Below, in pieces: positions 1 to 9,302 of a DNA stretch of 32,000 nt (positions are counted from its first letter, which is position 1; each line of letters begins with the position of its first letter). The notes below the pieces were generated by a model that saw nothing but the letters and a program-made list of their open reading frames with translations, did not search any database and was not told the DNA's origin. The DNA is from Desulfurococcus sp. (GTDB lineage: Archaea > Thermoproteota > Thermoprotei_A > Sulfolobales > Desulfurococcaceae): NCBI GenBank assembly GCA_026626905.1, contig JAPNUX010000002.1, positions 62,229 through 94,228 of the forward strand, written 5' to 3'. The translations under genes and the position numbers were made by a program.

Positions 1-1
1 T

Positions 2-2632
2 GGTGGAGTAGTAATAGTAAACTTTAATGCCCCGATAGTAGCACAAGTGATAATCACTATCTATAATGCTCATAATACCAGTGTAGTATATGCAACTCAA
101 TACTATACTCCTCCAGCACCTGGAACATACACTGTGCAGATCCCAATACCCAAGAAGCTACCCAACATTGGAACCACCGACCCGCCAGCACTACTAGTGA
201 CAGTTAGCATACCCTTCATAGGCAGCGATTCGAGAACTCTCTATGTGTACCCGTTAATAGAGGTGTCACCATCGACGACAACAATAGTTGACGGCTTAGG
301 CAACTTTAAGAGCGTGACAGTCTACGGTTACGGCTTCCCAGAGGGTATCAATATAACTGATGTGGAATTCAATACCACTCCATACTTACTGGATACCCCG
401 GCTACTACAGGCTCTGATGGTAGTGTCGCTGTAACTGTATCATTCAATGCTACATTCCAGCTACCTATGGGAACCTATAGTGTAAACTTCAGCTATGCTA
501 CAACAACAACACCAAGCCTTGCAGCTAATACTTCAACAGGGATACTATCAATTATACCTCAAGCAGTGATCACCCCGAACTATGGTCACGGCAGGGATGT
601 TGAGGCTATCTCCATAGCTGGATACGGGTTCCCAGCTAATGCTACAGTAAGCCAGGTGAAGTTATTCAACACTAACTTCACTAATGTAGTCTACGTATTC
701 AACGTGAACACTTCAGCAGACGCCAACGGCTTCTTCAATATAACTAACTTGAAGAGCTTCAACTTCACTAATATGACTGCAGGCTTATACATACCCATAG
801 TAGTTCTCAGCGATGGCTCAAGCTACACGTTCAGGAACACGTATCACCTAGTCAGGCCACTCTTATGCTACGTGGTAGGCGGTGCCCCGCAGTGTGATGC
901 TCCAGCACCAAGCGTGAAGCCTGGTGACACTATCACTATAGCTGCATACGGTTACGGTCCTGGAGAGGAGTGGGGATACCAGGCTAACTTCCTCAACGTC
1001 TCGCTAGACAAGATTAGGTGGCTGGCTGTAGGTATACCGCTAGGTAAGGATGGTAATGCAACCTTCACAGTACAGATACCACTAGATACACCATTCGGTG
1101 CACACTACATATGGGGTATTGATAGATGGGAGTACGAGTACAGCCTTGCAGTAGTCGTCGGCGTGAAAGCATACTGGGTAGGCATCAACCCGCTAACCAA
1201 TACAAGCCTGCCTAGTACTCAAGTATCTGCTACACTACCAGGCTTAACTACATCATTCATAGTATGCCCGTGTGAAACTGTCAACGGTACAGCCTTCTGC
1301 GGTGAGTGCGTCAAGTATGGCGAGGAGTGCGATTACCTCGGCGACCTGATAAAGGTTGTAGCATACGGTATGGTGCCCGGTGAGAGCGTTGAAGTATACT
1401 TCGGCGACAAGCTTGTTGGAACTGCTACTGCTGACAGCCAGGGTGTCTTAACATTCAGCTTTGTAGTTCCAACACTACCTGAAGGCGAGTACACTATAAG
1501 GATAATTAGCAGTGTTAGCGGTGAAATCGTCGTGAACTTCTCAATGAACGTTAACGACTACGCTAACCCGCAGGTAACACCTAAGATACTACTAGCCGCG
1601 TTAAGCGGAGACTACGTGCCGATACTAGTCGGTAGCGGCATAGTGAGAGTACTCGGTACAGGCTTCACACCTGATGTAGCTGTACTCGGAGTGCTGGTTA
1701 ATGATACAGACGCCTTACTCAGTGTTACATCAAACGTGCAGAGGTGGACCACAGATAGCAACGGTGTGCTGACAAGCCAGTTCACAGATGTACTCGGCCT
1801 CTGGATACCTATGGTGCAGCCTGGTAAGTATGCTGTCAGCCTAGTCTACTCTCTAGTAGGCGGTGTAATTAAGAAGAGCCTGCCAGGATACGTGTACGTA
1901 GTCAACAACATCTCGAGGCTTGCAACAGTAGATGATGTAAGCATTGTCTCAAGCAAAGTTGACAAGGTATCCAGTACTCTGGGAAGCGTAGCTAACACTG
2001 TATCCTCGATATCAACAACTGTGAACAGTATAGCTAGCTCTGTCAGCAACATCTCAAGCAGGCTTAACGATGTATTAAGCCAGCTAGCTAACGTCGCCAC
2101 GAAGAATGATGTAAACACGCTAGCCGGTAAGATTGATTCTGTCTCATCAACTCTCAGCAGTGTAAGCGGTAAGATAGACACGCTGTCTGCAAGCCTAAGC
2201 GATGCTGTAGGCAAGATTAACAGTGTAGCCAGCCAGCTCTCCACAGCCGTGGAGAGCATTAACAGCGTGAGCAGCAAGGTTAACAGTATAGCTAGCGATG
2301 TATCAGGCTTAAAGACCAGTGTAAGCGACCTCTCAAGTAAAGTTAACAGCATTTCAAGCCAGCTAGCTAACGTTGCTACAAAGAGTGATCTAGCCAATCT
2401 CGCAACAAAGAGTGATGTGAATGCTGTCTCAAGCAAAGTTGACAGCGTGCAGAGCAGTATTAACACTGTCTCAGGCAAGGTTGATACTGCTATAAGCAAG
2501 GCTGATGCAGCAGGGGCTACAGCATCCAACGCCTTCTACACTGGTGTGGGAGCTGTAGTATTCTCGCTGCTAGCCATGATATTCGCTCTACTAGCCTACC
2601 TGACTGTAAGGAGAAGCATTGTCTCGAAATAA
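2..2632 (+). CDS. Cell-surface (S-layer/stalk-type) glycoprotein, 5'-partial: tandem beta-sandwich modules, long Ser-rich coiled-coil stalk, C-terminal membrane anchor
   Basis: The frame is open from base 2 (GGVVIVNFNAPIVAQ precedes the GTG at 47), so the N-terminus lies outside the window. There are at least five modules with a G-x-G-[FY]-x-P-type strand motif (VYGYGFPEG, IAGYGFPAN, AAYGYGPGE, VAYGMVPGE, VLGTGFTPD). N-x-S/T sequons are very numerous. Roughly 1915-2515 encodes an unbroken 3-4 spaced V/I/L heptad pattern in a Ser-rich background. The C-terminal hydrophobic helix GVGAVVFSLLAMIFALLAYLTV is followed by RRSIVSK. Confidence 0.75.
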   Translation, partial: GGVVIVNFNAPIVAQVIITIYNAHNTSVVYATQYYTPPAPGTYTVQIPIPKKLPNIGTTDPPALLVTVSIPFIGSDSRTLYVYPLIEVSPSTTTIVDGLGNFKSVTVYGYGFPEGINITDVEFNTTPYLLDTPATTGSDGSVAVTVSFNATFQLPMGTYSVNFSYATTTTPSLAANTSTGILSIIPQAVITPNYGHGRDVEAISIAGYGFPANATVSQVKLFNTNFTNVVYVFNVNTSADANGFFNITNLKSFNFTNMTAGLYIPIVVLSDGSSYTFRNTYHLVRPLLCYVVGGAPQCDAPAPSVKPGDTITIAAYGYGPGEEWGYQANFLNVSLDKIRWLAVGIPLGKDGNATFTVQIPLDTPFGAHYIWGIDRWEYEYSLAVVVGVKAYWVGINPLTNTSLPSTQVSATLPGLTTSFIVCPCETVNGTAFCGECVKYGEECDYLGDLIKVVAYGMVPGESVEVYFGDKLVGTATADSQGVLTFSFVVPTLPEGEYTIRIISSVSGEIVVNFSMNVNDYANPQVTPKILLAALSGDYVPILVGSGIVRVLGTGFTPDVAVLGVLVNDTDALLSVTSNVQRWTTDSNGVLTSQFTDVLGLWIPMVQPGKYAVSLVYSLVGGVIKKSLPGYVYVVNNISRLATVDDVSIVSSKVDKVSSTLGSVANTVSSISTTVNSIASSVSNISSRLNDVLSQLANVATKNDVNTLAGKIDSVSSTLSSVSGKIDTLSASLSDAVGKINSVASQLSTAVESINSVSSKVNSIASDVSGLKTSVSDLSSKVNSISSQLANVATKSDLANLATKSDVNAVSSKVDSVQSSINTVSGKVDTAISKADAAGATASNAFYTGVGAVVFSLLAMIFALLAYLTVRRSIVSK

Positions 2633-2650
2633 CCCTCCCTAACCCCTAAT

Positions 2651-2667
2651 CTTTTTTAATTTTAATA
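2651..2667 (+). terminator. Oligo-T tract downstream of the surface-protein gene (archaeal-type terminator)
   Basis: CTTTTTTAATTTTAAT begins 19 nt after the stop codon. T-runs are the usual archaeal termination signal. Confidence 0.4.
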
Positions 2668-2749
2668 CTTGTTCAAGCCATCCTCCCTTATACTGTAGGC
2701 TGACTGGGAGAACCAGTCACCTTGAACACCTGTCTAGCGGTGAGTAGTA

Positions 2750-3703
2750 GTGAGCATTGAGGTGAAGCTCTCGTACAATACTATTCTAGCCCTAGCAGTA
2801 GCTCTACTCTCACTAGTAGTCTTCGCATACGTATACTGGTTTGACTCAGGGCTATCCTACACCTGGATTATACCTTTGAATACTGCTCAAAGCATCCACG
2901 TGTACTTCAAGGAGAGCGTGACACTAGGCTTAGTAGATGTGAGAGACGGCTCTATAAGCATTGAAGTAATTAGAGGAGTCCCCTGGGAGCTCATTCTAGG
3001 GCCAGCTGAAACAAAATACGCTGTAGTATCCGTGAGAGGCTTAAGCCTCTATACAACAGTAGTTAACGCTGCCGGCATCCCTGCAGCCTCAGTAACAGCC
3101 TGGGTTATCTCGAAGAAGGCTAGAGGAGTAAGACTGATTATAGCGGTTGCAGTAATCCTCCTCCTAGTAGCACTTAATGCTGCATCCTCAATACTCTACT
3201 TGTCAACAGGGTTGAATGCCGGCTACACAGCTAGTGATCGAAGGGTAAGCCTGCCTCTATCAGAAATGAGAGTGTACTTGAATGAAACAACCCCTTCACT
3301 ATACTACTATGCGACAACTGATAGCATCAATGGTGTAGCATTAGTCAATATATCATTCAACTTCAAGGATAACATTATACCATCCTACGTTATCACCCAG
3401 TTCAGCGGTCAAGGAGTCAACGAGTCTAGAGTACTCACAGTATACCTTCCAGTTGAAGCCGGCGGAGTCCTCAGGAGTAATGGAGGCATAGTAGGCGAGG
3501 CATACTACACCAGGTATACTGTTAACAGCAATATATCAATATACGTGGTGTCCACAGGCGAGCTCCAAAACTCTACTCTAACCTACTATAAGGTTTCATT
3601 CCAGAGGATTGGAAGCTGGCCACCTCTAATCATAGTTCTCCTACCGTTAATCTCACTAGTAGTCATGCTAGCTTCATGTACTCTACTGGCAAGAAGACTG
3701 TGA
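2750..3703 (+). CDS. Hypothetical membrane glycoprotein (N-terminal, central and C-terminal TM helices)
   Basis: 317-aa ORF with a GTG start. Hydrophobic helices are ILALAVALLSLVVFAYVYWF, LIIAVAVILLLVALNAASSILYL and PPLIIVLLPLISLVVMLASCTLLA. Several N-x-S/T sequons sit in the predicted external segments. I recognise no family motif. Confidence 0.5.
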   Translation: MSIEVKLSYNTILALAVALLSLVVFAYVYWFDSGLSYTWIIPLNTAQSIHVYFKESVTLGLVDVRDGSISIEVIRGVPWELILGPAETKYAVVSVRGLSLYTTVVNAAGIPAASVTAWVISKKARGVRLIIAVAVILLLVALNAASSILYLSTGLNAGYTASDRRVSLPLSEMRVYLNETTPSLYYYATTDSINGVALVNISFNFKDNIIPSYVITQFSGQGVNESRVLTVYLPVEAGGVLRSNGGIVGEAYYTRYTVNSNISIYVVSTGELQNSTLTYYKVSFQRIGSWPPLIIVLLPLISLVVMLASCTLLARRL

Positions 3704-3712
3704 AGCCTGAGA

Positions 3713-4252
3713 CTACTCCCCCGGCTTAATTCTTTTAACCTTCTTTCCACGGGGCGACGGCTCTACTTCGAGCGCAGCATCAGGGAACTTTAAGTGGAGC
3801 TCCCTCCCATTGAACAGCCTGTCTAGGAATACTGCTAGTGCAGCCACCTCCGAGTGAGGCTGGTGGCCGACAGCAACATTGTAGTCTGCTATCTGGTAGA
3901 AGAAGCCTGGAACCTTCCTGGAGCCTACTACCACTAGTATATCCCTGCCGAGCCCTCTAATCTCGTCTATAATGTCGTCTAAGTGGACTCCATACATTGT
4001 TAAGTGTACTACTACCCCGCCATTTTTCTTCCATTCAATACAGTACTTCTGGGAGTTAACACCCATCTCGAAGTGTAGTCTACCACCCCACCACTCTACG
4101 ACTTTCTCAAGCGAGTTATGGATCCTCTCGTCTACTACATCACCGAGAATAAAGCCGCTTGCCCCGAAAGCTCTCGCGACGAGAGCTACATGTGTTGTAA
4201 TCCTCTTATCTCTCCCAGGCCTATGACCGTATCTTAAAACGTAGACTCTCAT
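3713..4252 (-). CDS. trm56: tRNA (cytidine56-2'-O)-methyltransferase, SPOUT family (aTrm56)
   Basis: MRVYVLRYGHRPGRDKRITTHVALVARAFGA and the C-terminal HQPHSEVAALAVFLDRL match the aTrm56 hallmark. ATG 4252 is preferred over TTG 4273 because it starts 4 nt after the hflX stop and matches family N-termini. Confidence 0.85.
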   Translation of the reverse strand: MRVYVLRYGHRPGRDKRITTHVALVARAFGASGFILGDVVDERIHNSLEKVVEWWGGRLHFEMGVNSQKYCIEWKKNGGVVVHLTMYGVHLDDIIDEIRGLGRDILVVVGSRKVPGFFYQIADYNVAVGHQPHSEVAALAVFLDRLFNGRELHLKFPDAALEVEPSPRGKKVKRIKPGE

Positions 4253-4256
4253 AGCT

Positions 4257-5303
4257 CTACCTCTTAACAACACGGTAGATTTCTTCTACTAGCTTATCTA
4301 AGTTAAGCTTCTTAAGTGAGGAGACAGGGATTAATACCTCTCTATCACCCAGTAGCTTCTCAACACTCCCAGCCACGCTCGTATAGTCTCCTAGCAGGTC
4401 TATCTTGTTGAGAGCTATAATTACAGGTCTACCCTGAACTCCCAGTCTAGCTAGCACTCCTCTAGTTGTCTCCAGCTCCACGCTTATCCTCTCCAAGGGC
4501 TTAGAGGCATCTACCACGTTCACTACTACGTCAGCTGAGCTAACTTCTTCTAGTGTAGCGTAGAATGCTTCAACAACCTCGGGCGGCAGGTCTCTTATGA
4601 AGCCGACAGTATCGGTTACAATAAACGTTAAATCCCTGTAGGAGACTCTACTGGATTTAGGTGTTAGCGTTGTAAAAGGCTCCGGGCCGACAGGCTTACT
4701 CAACCCTGTTAAAGCGTTAAAGAGGCTGGTCTTCCCTGCGCAAGTGTAGCCTGTTATAGCTACATGGGGGAATCCTGCTTCAACTCTAAGCCTCCTTCTA
4801 AGCTCGCGGATAGCTCTCAGCTCGCTTAGCTCTCGTCTAACCCTTGCCTCCTTCTTCTTCAGCATCAGGTAGTATTTCTCGTAGCCGTACCTACCGGCGC
4901 CGAGGAATCCGTGGAGCTCGCCTATCTTAGCGTACCTTATAGCCTCCTTGACTAAAGGCATGCTGTACCTGAGTCTAGCTAGCTCTATCTGTAGCTTAGC
5001 CTCCCTGGATCCAGCGTGCTCAGCGAATACTTCGAGTATCAATAGTACTCTATCCACGATATCCTTCTTCAACTCCCTAGTTAGGTTCACTAGCTGGGAT
5101 GGCTTAAGCCTATCCATTACAATCAGCTTGTCGAAGTCCACGCTCTTAAGCTTCTCAATTTTATCCATTGAAATATACGTTTTAGGAACAGGCTTTCCAA
5201 TCTTTAAAACAAGCTCTATACTACTATAGAGGGTTTTCACTAATCCAAGCTCCTCCTCTAGGAAACCCCAGTACCTTCCAGGTAGCGCTACAGCTACCCT
5301 CAA
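4257..5303 (-). CDS. hflX: GTPase HflX
   Basis: N-terminal HflX domain plus G1 GYTCAGKTSLFNAL, G3 DTVGF and G4 NKID. The start is TTG, preceded by GGTGGAG (Shine-Dalgarno) 5 nt upstream. Confidence 0.85.
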   Translation of the reverse strand: MRVAVALPGRYWGFLEEELGLVKTLYSSIELVLKIGKPVPKTYISMDKIEKLKSVDFDKLIVMDRLKPSQLVNLTRELKKDIVDRVLLILEVFAEHAGSREAKLQIELARLRYSMPLVKEAIRYAKIGELHGFLGAGRYGYEKYYLMLKKKEARVRRELSELRAIRELRRRLRVEAGFPHVAITGYTCAGKTSLFNALTGLSKPVGPEPFTTLTPKSSRVSYRDLTFIVTDTVGFIRDLPPEVVEAFYATLEEVSSADVVVNVVDASKPLERISVELETTRGVLARLGVQGRPVIIALNKIDLLGDYTSVAGSVEKLLGDREVLIPVSSLKKLNLDKLVEEIYRVVKR

Positions 5304-5317
5304 TACTCCACCCAGCT

Positions 5318-5815
5318 CTACTCTCGTTTAAGCCTTATTAAATCACCGATTGTTAGATCCTCGCTGCTACCGCGGGCTTCAACCTTCTCCTCCACAACTG
5401 GCTCAAGCAGTTTTACTCCGAGAGCTTTCTCCAGCCTCCTAGCTAGATCCAGGTCGGGTTTAAGCCTCCCCGACTCAATCCTCTTAATCACACCCTCACT
5501 CTCACCTACTCTCTGAGCCAGCGCCTGCTGACTCCACCCGAGCCTCTCCCTAGCCTCCTTAATCCTCCTAGCATAGTCTTCTACAACCTCGTACTCCTCG
5601 CTTATCTTCGGCTTTGGTTTCACCGGCATGCCTCTTACAGGCTGTCTTACTGTACTCGGAGACTTCTTCTCTGGTATGAAGGGTCTAGCCTTCCCCTCTC
5701 TTACAAGCCTATTGTAGCATTGAGGGCACACGTTGAGCACACTGCCCTCAACTACAACCTTCCTGCACTCCCAGTCCTCGACTTCTCTACCACATATCTC
5801 ACAGTAGCAGGGCAT
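5318..5815 (-). CDS. mbf1: Archaeal multiprotein-bridging factor 1 (zinc ribbon + Xre-type HTH)
   Basis: The N-terminal CxxC...CxxC ribbon is CEICGREV...CPQCY. The C-terminal HTH is RERLGWSQQALAQRVGESEGVIKRIESG. ATG 5815 (MPCYCEICG) is preferred over the GTG at 5848. Confidence 0.8.
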   Translation of the reverse strand: MPCYCEICGREVEDWECRKVVVEGSVLNVCPQCYNRLVREGKARPFIPEKKSPSTVRQPVRGMPVKPKPKISEEYEVVEDYARRIKEARERLGWSQQALAQRVGESEGVIKRIESGRLKPDLDLARRLEKALGVKLLEPVVEEKVEARGSSEDLTIGDLIRLKRE

Positions 5816-5952
5816 CGCCAGCACCATTAAACAAGAAGTGTGGTTCACCCATTAAATCTACTCTGGTGAGCCTTAAGCCATGGCTACCTTGAAGAGATGG
5901 CTCTACGGTTTAAATTAGTTTCATAAAGCCATATCGAAGAGGGGTTTAAGCC

Positions 5953-7158
5953 TTGAGCAGTGAAATGGATAAGAGTAGTAGTGAAGTAGATGTAGCATTA
6001 AACGAGGAGGACTACATAAGGTATCTTGAATCAAAGGTTAGACTCCTGGAGGCAGAGCGCGAGAAACTCTTAATGAAGCTGAACTACTATAAGTCTGAGC
6101 TGGAGAAGATGATTTCACCACCCCTCATAGAAGGTATCGTCGAGTATATTCTAGAGGATGGTAGAGTAGTAGTAAAGAGCTCGACAGGCCCTAACCTCAT
6201 AGTCCCAGTTGCTGAAGGAGTTGATAGAAGCCTCATTAAACCAGGAGCGAGAGTAGCCCTCAACCAGCGTGGCTCAGTTATAGTTGAAGTACTACCATCC
6301 CATATAGACACTTACGTGCAGTTAATGGAGGTCGTGGAGAAGCCTGGCGTGAGATACGAGGATATCGGCGGGCTAGCAGAGCAGATTAGAGAGCTGAGAG
6401 AAGTAATAGAGCTACCACTCAAGCACCCAGAGCTATTCGAGGAGACAGGGATAGAGCCGCCTAAAGGAGTACTATTATACGGGCCTCCTGGATGCGGTAA
6501 AACCCTGCTCGCTAAAGCAGTCGCCTCGGAATCCAATGCAACCTTCATAGCTCTAGTCGGCAGCGAGCTAGTCCAGAAGTTCATTGGTGAAGGAGCTAGA
6601 ATAGTTAGAGAGCTATTCGACCTCGCTAGGAGGAAAGCCCCCTCAATAGTCTTCATAGATGAAATCGATGCTATAGCAGCTAAGAGGATAGATATAGGCA
6701 CTAGCGGTGAGAGAGAAGTCCAGAGAACCCTAATGCAGCTCCTAGCTGAGATAGATGGATTCAAGCCCCTTGATAAAGTCAAGATTATAGCGGCAACAAA
6801 TAGAGTAGACATCCTAGACCCAGCAATACTGAGGCCGGGCAGGCTGGATAGACTGATAGAAGTACCACCCCCAGACTACAATGGGAGAATCGAGATATTC
6901 AGAATACATACTCGTAGAATGAAGCTCGCCAGCGACGTAGACTTCCACGTGCTAGCCAAGCTCACCGACGGCTTCACTGGAGCAGAGATTAAAGCAGTGG
7001 TGACAGAAGCAGGATACAATGCTATACGTGCAGGCCGCAGGCAAGTCGTAATGAAGGACCTCCTAGAAGCCGTAGAGAAGGTTAAAGCCAAGAAGAAGCT
7101 GCGCAGTAGTGAATGGCGTCCGGAAAGAGCATACCAGGAGCCATCAATCTACCAGTAA
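5953..7158 (+). CDS. pan: Proteasome-activating nucleotidase (AAA+ ATPase PAN)
   Basis: N-terminal coiled coil ([31 protein letters not shown]), OB region, Walker A GPPGCGKT and Walker B IVFIDEID. The C-terminal I-Y-Q fits the HbYX motif. The start may instead be ATG 5965. Confidence 0.9.
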   Translation: MSSEMDKSSSEVDVALNEEDYIRYLESKVRLLEAEREKLLMKLNYYKSELEKMISPPLIEGIVEYILEDGRVVVKSSTGPNLIVPVAEGVDRSLIKPGARVALNQRGSVIVEVLPSHIDTYVQLMEVVEKPGVRYEDIGGLAEQIRELREVIELPLKHPELFEETGIEPPKGVLLYGPPGCGKTLLAKAVASESNATFIALVGSELVQKFIGEGARIVRELFDLARRKAPSIVFIDEIDAIAAKRIDIGTSGEREVQRTLMQLLAEIDGFKPLDKVKIIAATNRVDILDPAILRPGRLDRLIEVPPPDYNGRIEIFRIHTRRMKLASDVDFHVLAKLTDGFTGAEIKAVVTEAGYNAIRAGRRQVVMKDLLEAVEKVKAKKKLRSSEWRPERAYQEPSIYQ

Positions 7159-7415
7159 CCATTTGACCCTACACTACTATTATTGAATCTTACCCCCTCA
7201 TTCACACATACTCTAGTCGCACAGGAGTCATGAAGCTTCTTCAAGCCCAGCATCATAGAGCTTCATCAAGTTGATAAAACATAGATAAAAAGGAAAGATT
7301 CCTAGGGGCACGGAAAAGAAATTGCTTTCAAAAGAACTACTATTACGGAGATCCCATAGTCTACAGTAGTTTAGGCTTACCTGCAAGCCCCAGGGTTGGA
7401 GGATGGCTTGAAGGA

Positions 7416-7489
<74 letters not shown>

Positions 7490-7518
7490 TAAGCGTATTC
7501 TAATGACTTGTAAAAGGG

Positions 7519-7527
7519 TTTTAATAG
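7519..7527 (-). promoter_or_regulatory. Candidate TATA box for the tRNA(CAT) gene
   Basis: The minus-strand CTATTAAAA is centred about 26 nt upstream of a point 8 nt before the mature tRNA 5' end. Confidence 0.3.
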
Positions 7528-7810
7528 TTTTTCACATGCTTGCTTAATCTCCATTGAATCCTGCAGGATTAAACTACAACTTGAGCTCTTTGTTGGTGGC
7601 GCGGGTAGAGGAGATGCTGGTAGCCTTAGAGGGCTGGTTGAGGAAGGTGTTCTATCAGCCTGTATATCAAAGATATTGTCGGAGAGCCTTGGTATACTCT
7701 GTAAAAACCATCTTCCTTTCAAAGGATAGTTTCCCGCGGTATCTCTAGAATCACTGAGCTTCAGGTGGTTACACTTGCATGAAGTCCTAGCATGGAAGCC
7801 CTAGCAGGCT

Positions 7811-8809
7811 TCAGCTGGATCCTTTGACTGCGAGAATGTACTTGAAGGCTGCGTCTGCAGCTATAGCTCCATCGGCTGCTGCTGTTATCACCTGCTCGAA
7901 CCTGTATTTGTAGGGGCCGCCTGCAGCATCACCTGCTACAAATACTCCTGGTAGATTAGTGCTTCTATCCACGTTTACTTTGACTCGACCTGTCTCGTCG
8001 AGCTCTAAACCTATCTTCTTGAAGAATTCTACTGGGGGTTCCAGCCCGATCTCCACGAATAAACCGTTTACTTTCAACTCTGTCTCCTCCATGGTCTTCG
8101 TATCCATTAATCTCACAGCTTCAAGGCTTTCACTACCGACTACCTCCTTGACAACCTTGTTGGTTAGAACTGTTATCTTGGGATTCTTGAAGGCTGCATC
8201 CACGTATATCTTGAATGCACGGAAGGAGTCTCTTCTATGTATAAGGTAGACGTGGGATGCAATGTTCGCAAGGTATAGTGCTGATGTCAGAGCAGAGTTA
8301 CCGCCGCCGACTACGGCTACTACTTTACCCTTGAAGAGCGGGCCATCGCATGTAGCACAGTAGGAGACTCCCTTCCCGACAAGCTCTCTCTCACCGGGAA
8401 CATTGAGCCTCCTCTTCTCGCTTCCAACTGCCAGTATAACAGCGTAGCCGCATATGACTTCACCACTACTAAGCTCAACGCACCACTGGCTGCCTTCAGG
8501 CTTCCTAAAGACGTTGACTACCTCGCCTGATACTATCGGCACGTTATACTTTCTTACATGTTTAACAAACTTGTCTACTAGGTCATTGCCTGGTGTATCA
8601 GGGATACCAATGTAGTCGTCGACTAATGGAGCCTCAGATAATGCTCCTCCGAGTAGTTTAGCTACAACTATAGTTTTAAGCTCGTATCTAGCACTGTAGA
8701 GTGCTGCTGTAAGCCCAGCTGGCCCTCCACCTACTACTATTACATCGTATACTTCCCCTGTCTCACGTGTCGTTCTAGCTAGTCCTGTTAACCTGAACTT
8801 TAAGCTCAC
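7811..8809 (-). CDS. trxB: Thioredoxin reductase (FAD/NAD(P)H, low-Mr type)
   Basis: FAD motif VIVVGGGPAGLTAALY, redox-active CATCDG and NADPH motif VVGGGNSA. The GTG start is preceded by GGTGG 6 nt upstream. Confidence 0.9.
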   Translation of the reverse strand: MSLKFRLTGLARTTRETGEVYDVIVVGGGPAGLTAALYSARYELKTIVVAKLLGGALSEAPLVDDYIGIPDTPGNDLVDKFVKHVRKYNVPIVSGEVVNVFRKPEGSQWCVELSSGEVICGYAVILAVGSEKRRLNVPGERELVGKGVSYCATCDGPLFKGKVVAVVGGGNSALTSALYLANIASHVYLIHRRDSFRAFKIYVDAAFKNPKITVLTNKVVKEVVGSESLEAVRLMDTKTMEETELKVNGLFVEIGLEPPVEFFKKIGLELDETGRVKVNVDRSTNLPGVFVAGDAAGGPYKYRFEQVITAAADGAIAADAAFKYILAVKGSS

Positions 8810-8860
8810 GAGTAACCACCATGTTAGCCTTTAGACTCCACGCTGCTTAATAATACTTCA

Positions 8861-9301
8861 CTACCCCTTAATCCTTAATATCTCGTATACTAGTATCCCT
8901 GCTAGCGCTGTCACCGGCATACCTTTAGGCACGCCTCTAGGCCAGGCGATCTCCAAGCCTTCAATCTCCCTTCCACTAGGCTCCTGGTCGCCTGAACCCA
9001 GGAGTAGAGCTGTCCTCACGGATCCAGCGATAAGCTCCTCTACCCCTACTTCTCTTCCAGCCTCGCTAACGTAGACTACTCTCTCGCATCCAAGCACGCC
9101 GCGGAGATCTCTGACTTCGGGTAGAACTATGAAGGGCCTGCCGAGCTTTATTGCCAGCTTATGGGCTTCCGGCACTCCTATCTGCGCGGCTGCCCCAATA
9201 GGTTTTACTACAACCGGTACGAGGATGCTTGAAGTATACACGGCTTTAATGAAGTCCATGAGTTTCTGGATACTTGAGGGCAAGTAGAGAGCCATGTACA
9301 C
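8861..9301 (-). CDS. Small SPOUT (SpoU/TrmH-knot)-like protein of unknown function
   Basis: 146 aa. The C-terminal half, LLLGSGDQEPSGREIEGLEIAWPRGVPKGMPVTALAGILVYEILR, resembles the SpoU motif 2/3 knot region. The gene starts 1 nt after the methyltransferase stop. The family call is tentative. Confidence 0.4.
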   Translation of the reverse strand: MYMALYLPSSIQKLMDFIKAVYTSSILVPVVVKPIGAAAQIGVPEAHKLAIKLGRPFIVLPEVRDLRGVLGCERVVYVSEAGREVGVEELIAGSVRTALLLGSGDQEPSGREIEGLEIAWPRGVPKGMPVTALAGILVYEILRIKG

Positions 9302-9302
9302 T

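Noticed and set aside
1846-2529. 227-aa ORF antisense to the surface-protein stalk
   Set aside because: It is a shadow frame of the Ser-rich heptad region. It translates to low-complexity Leu/Thr/Ser/Ala text, has no motifs and lies entirely inside a much better supported gene.
6312-6812. 166-aa ORF antisense to PAN (also 6087-6311 and 6876-7091)
   Set aside because: The opposite strand carries the Walker A/B motifs of a highly conserved AAA ATPase. The antisense products are Ser/Leu-rich with no motifs.
7225-7280. UGAUGA-containing hairpin on the minus strand (TTGATGAAGCT...AGCTTCATGA) as a possible C/D sRNA
   Set aside because: The UGAUGA is itself base-paired in the hairpin and no CUGA box is present.
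7557-7570. 14-bp perfect palindrome AATCCTGCAGGATT
   Set aside because: The chance is 4^-7 per position, so one or two are expected in 32 kb. It is not significant alone and is mentioned only as part of the unexplained intergenic region.
8817-8822. Recurrent ATGGTG hexamer just upstream and out of frame of several starts (trxB 8817-8822, HMA-like gene 10893-10898, tfe 10824-10829), which first looked like a repeated +1 frameshift signature
   Set aside because: GGTG(A) is the core of the Shine-Dalgarno sequence (complement of the 16S 3' end), and trxB and the HMA-like gene have normal in-frame GTG/ATG starts 5-8 nt downstream. Only tfe lacks a canonical start.
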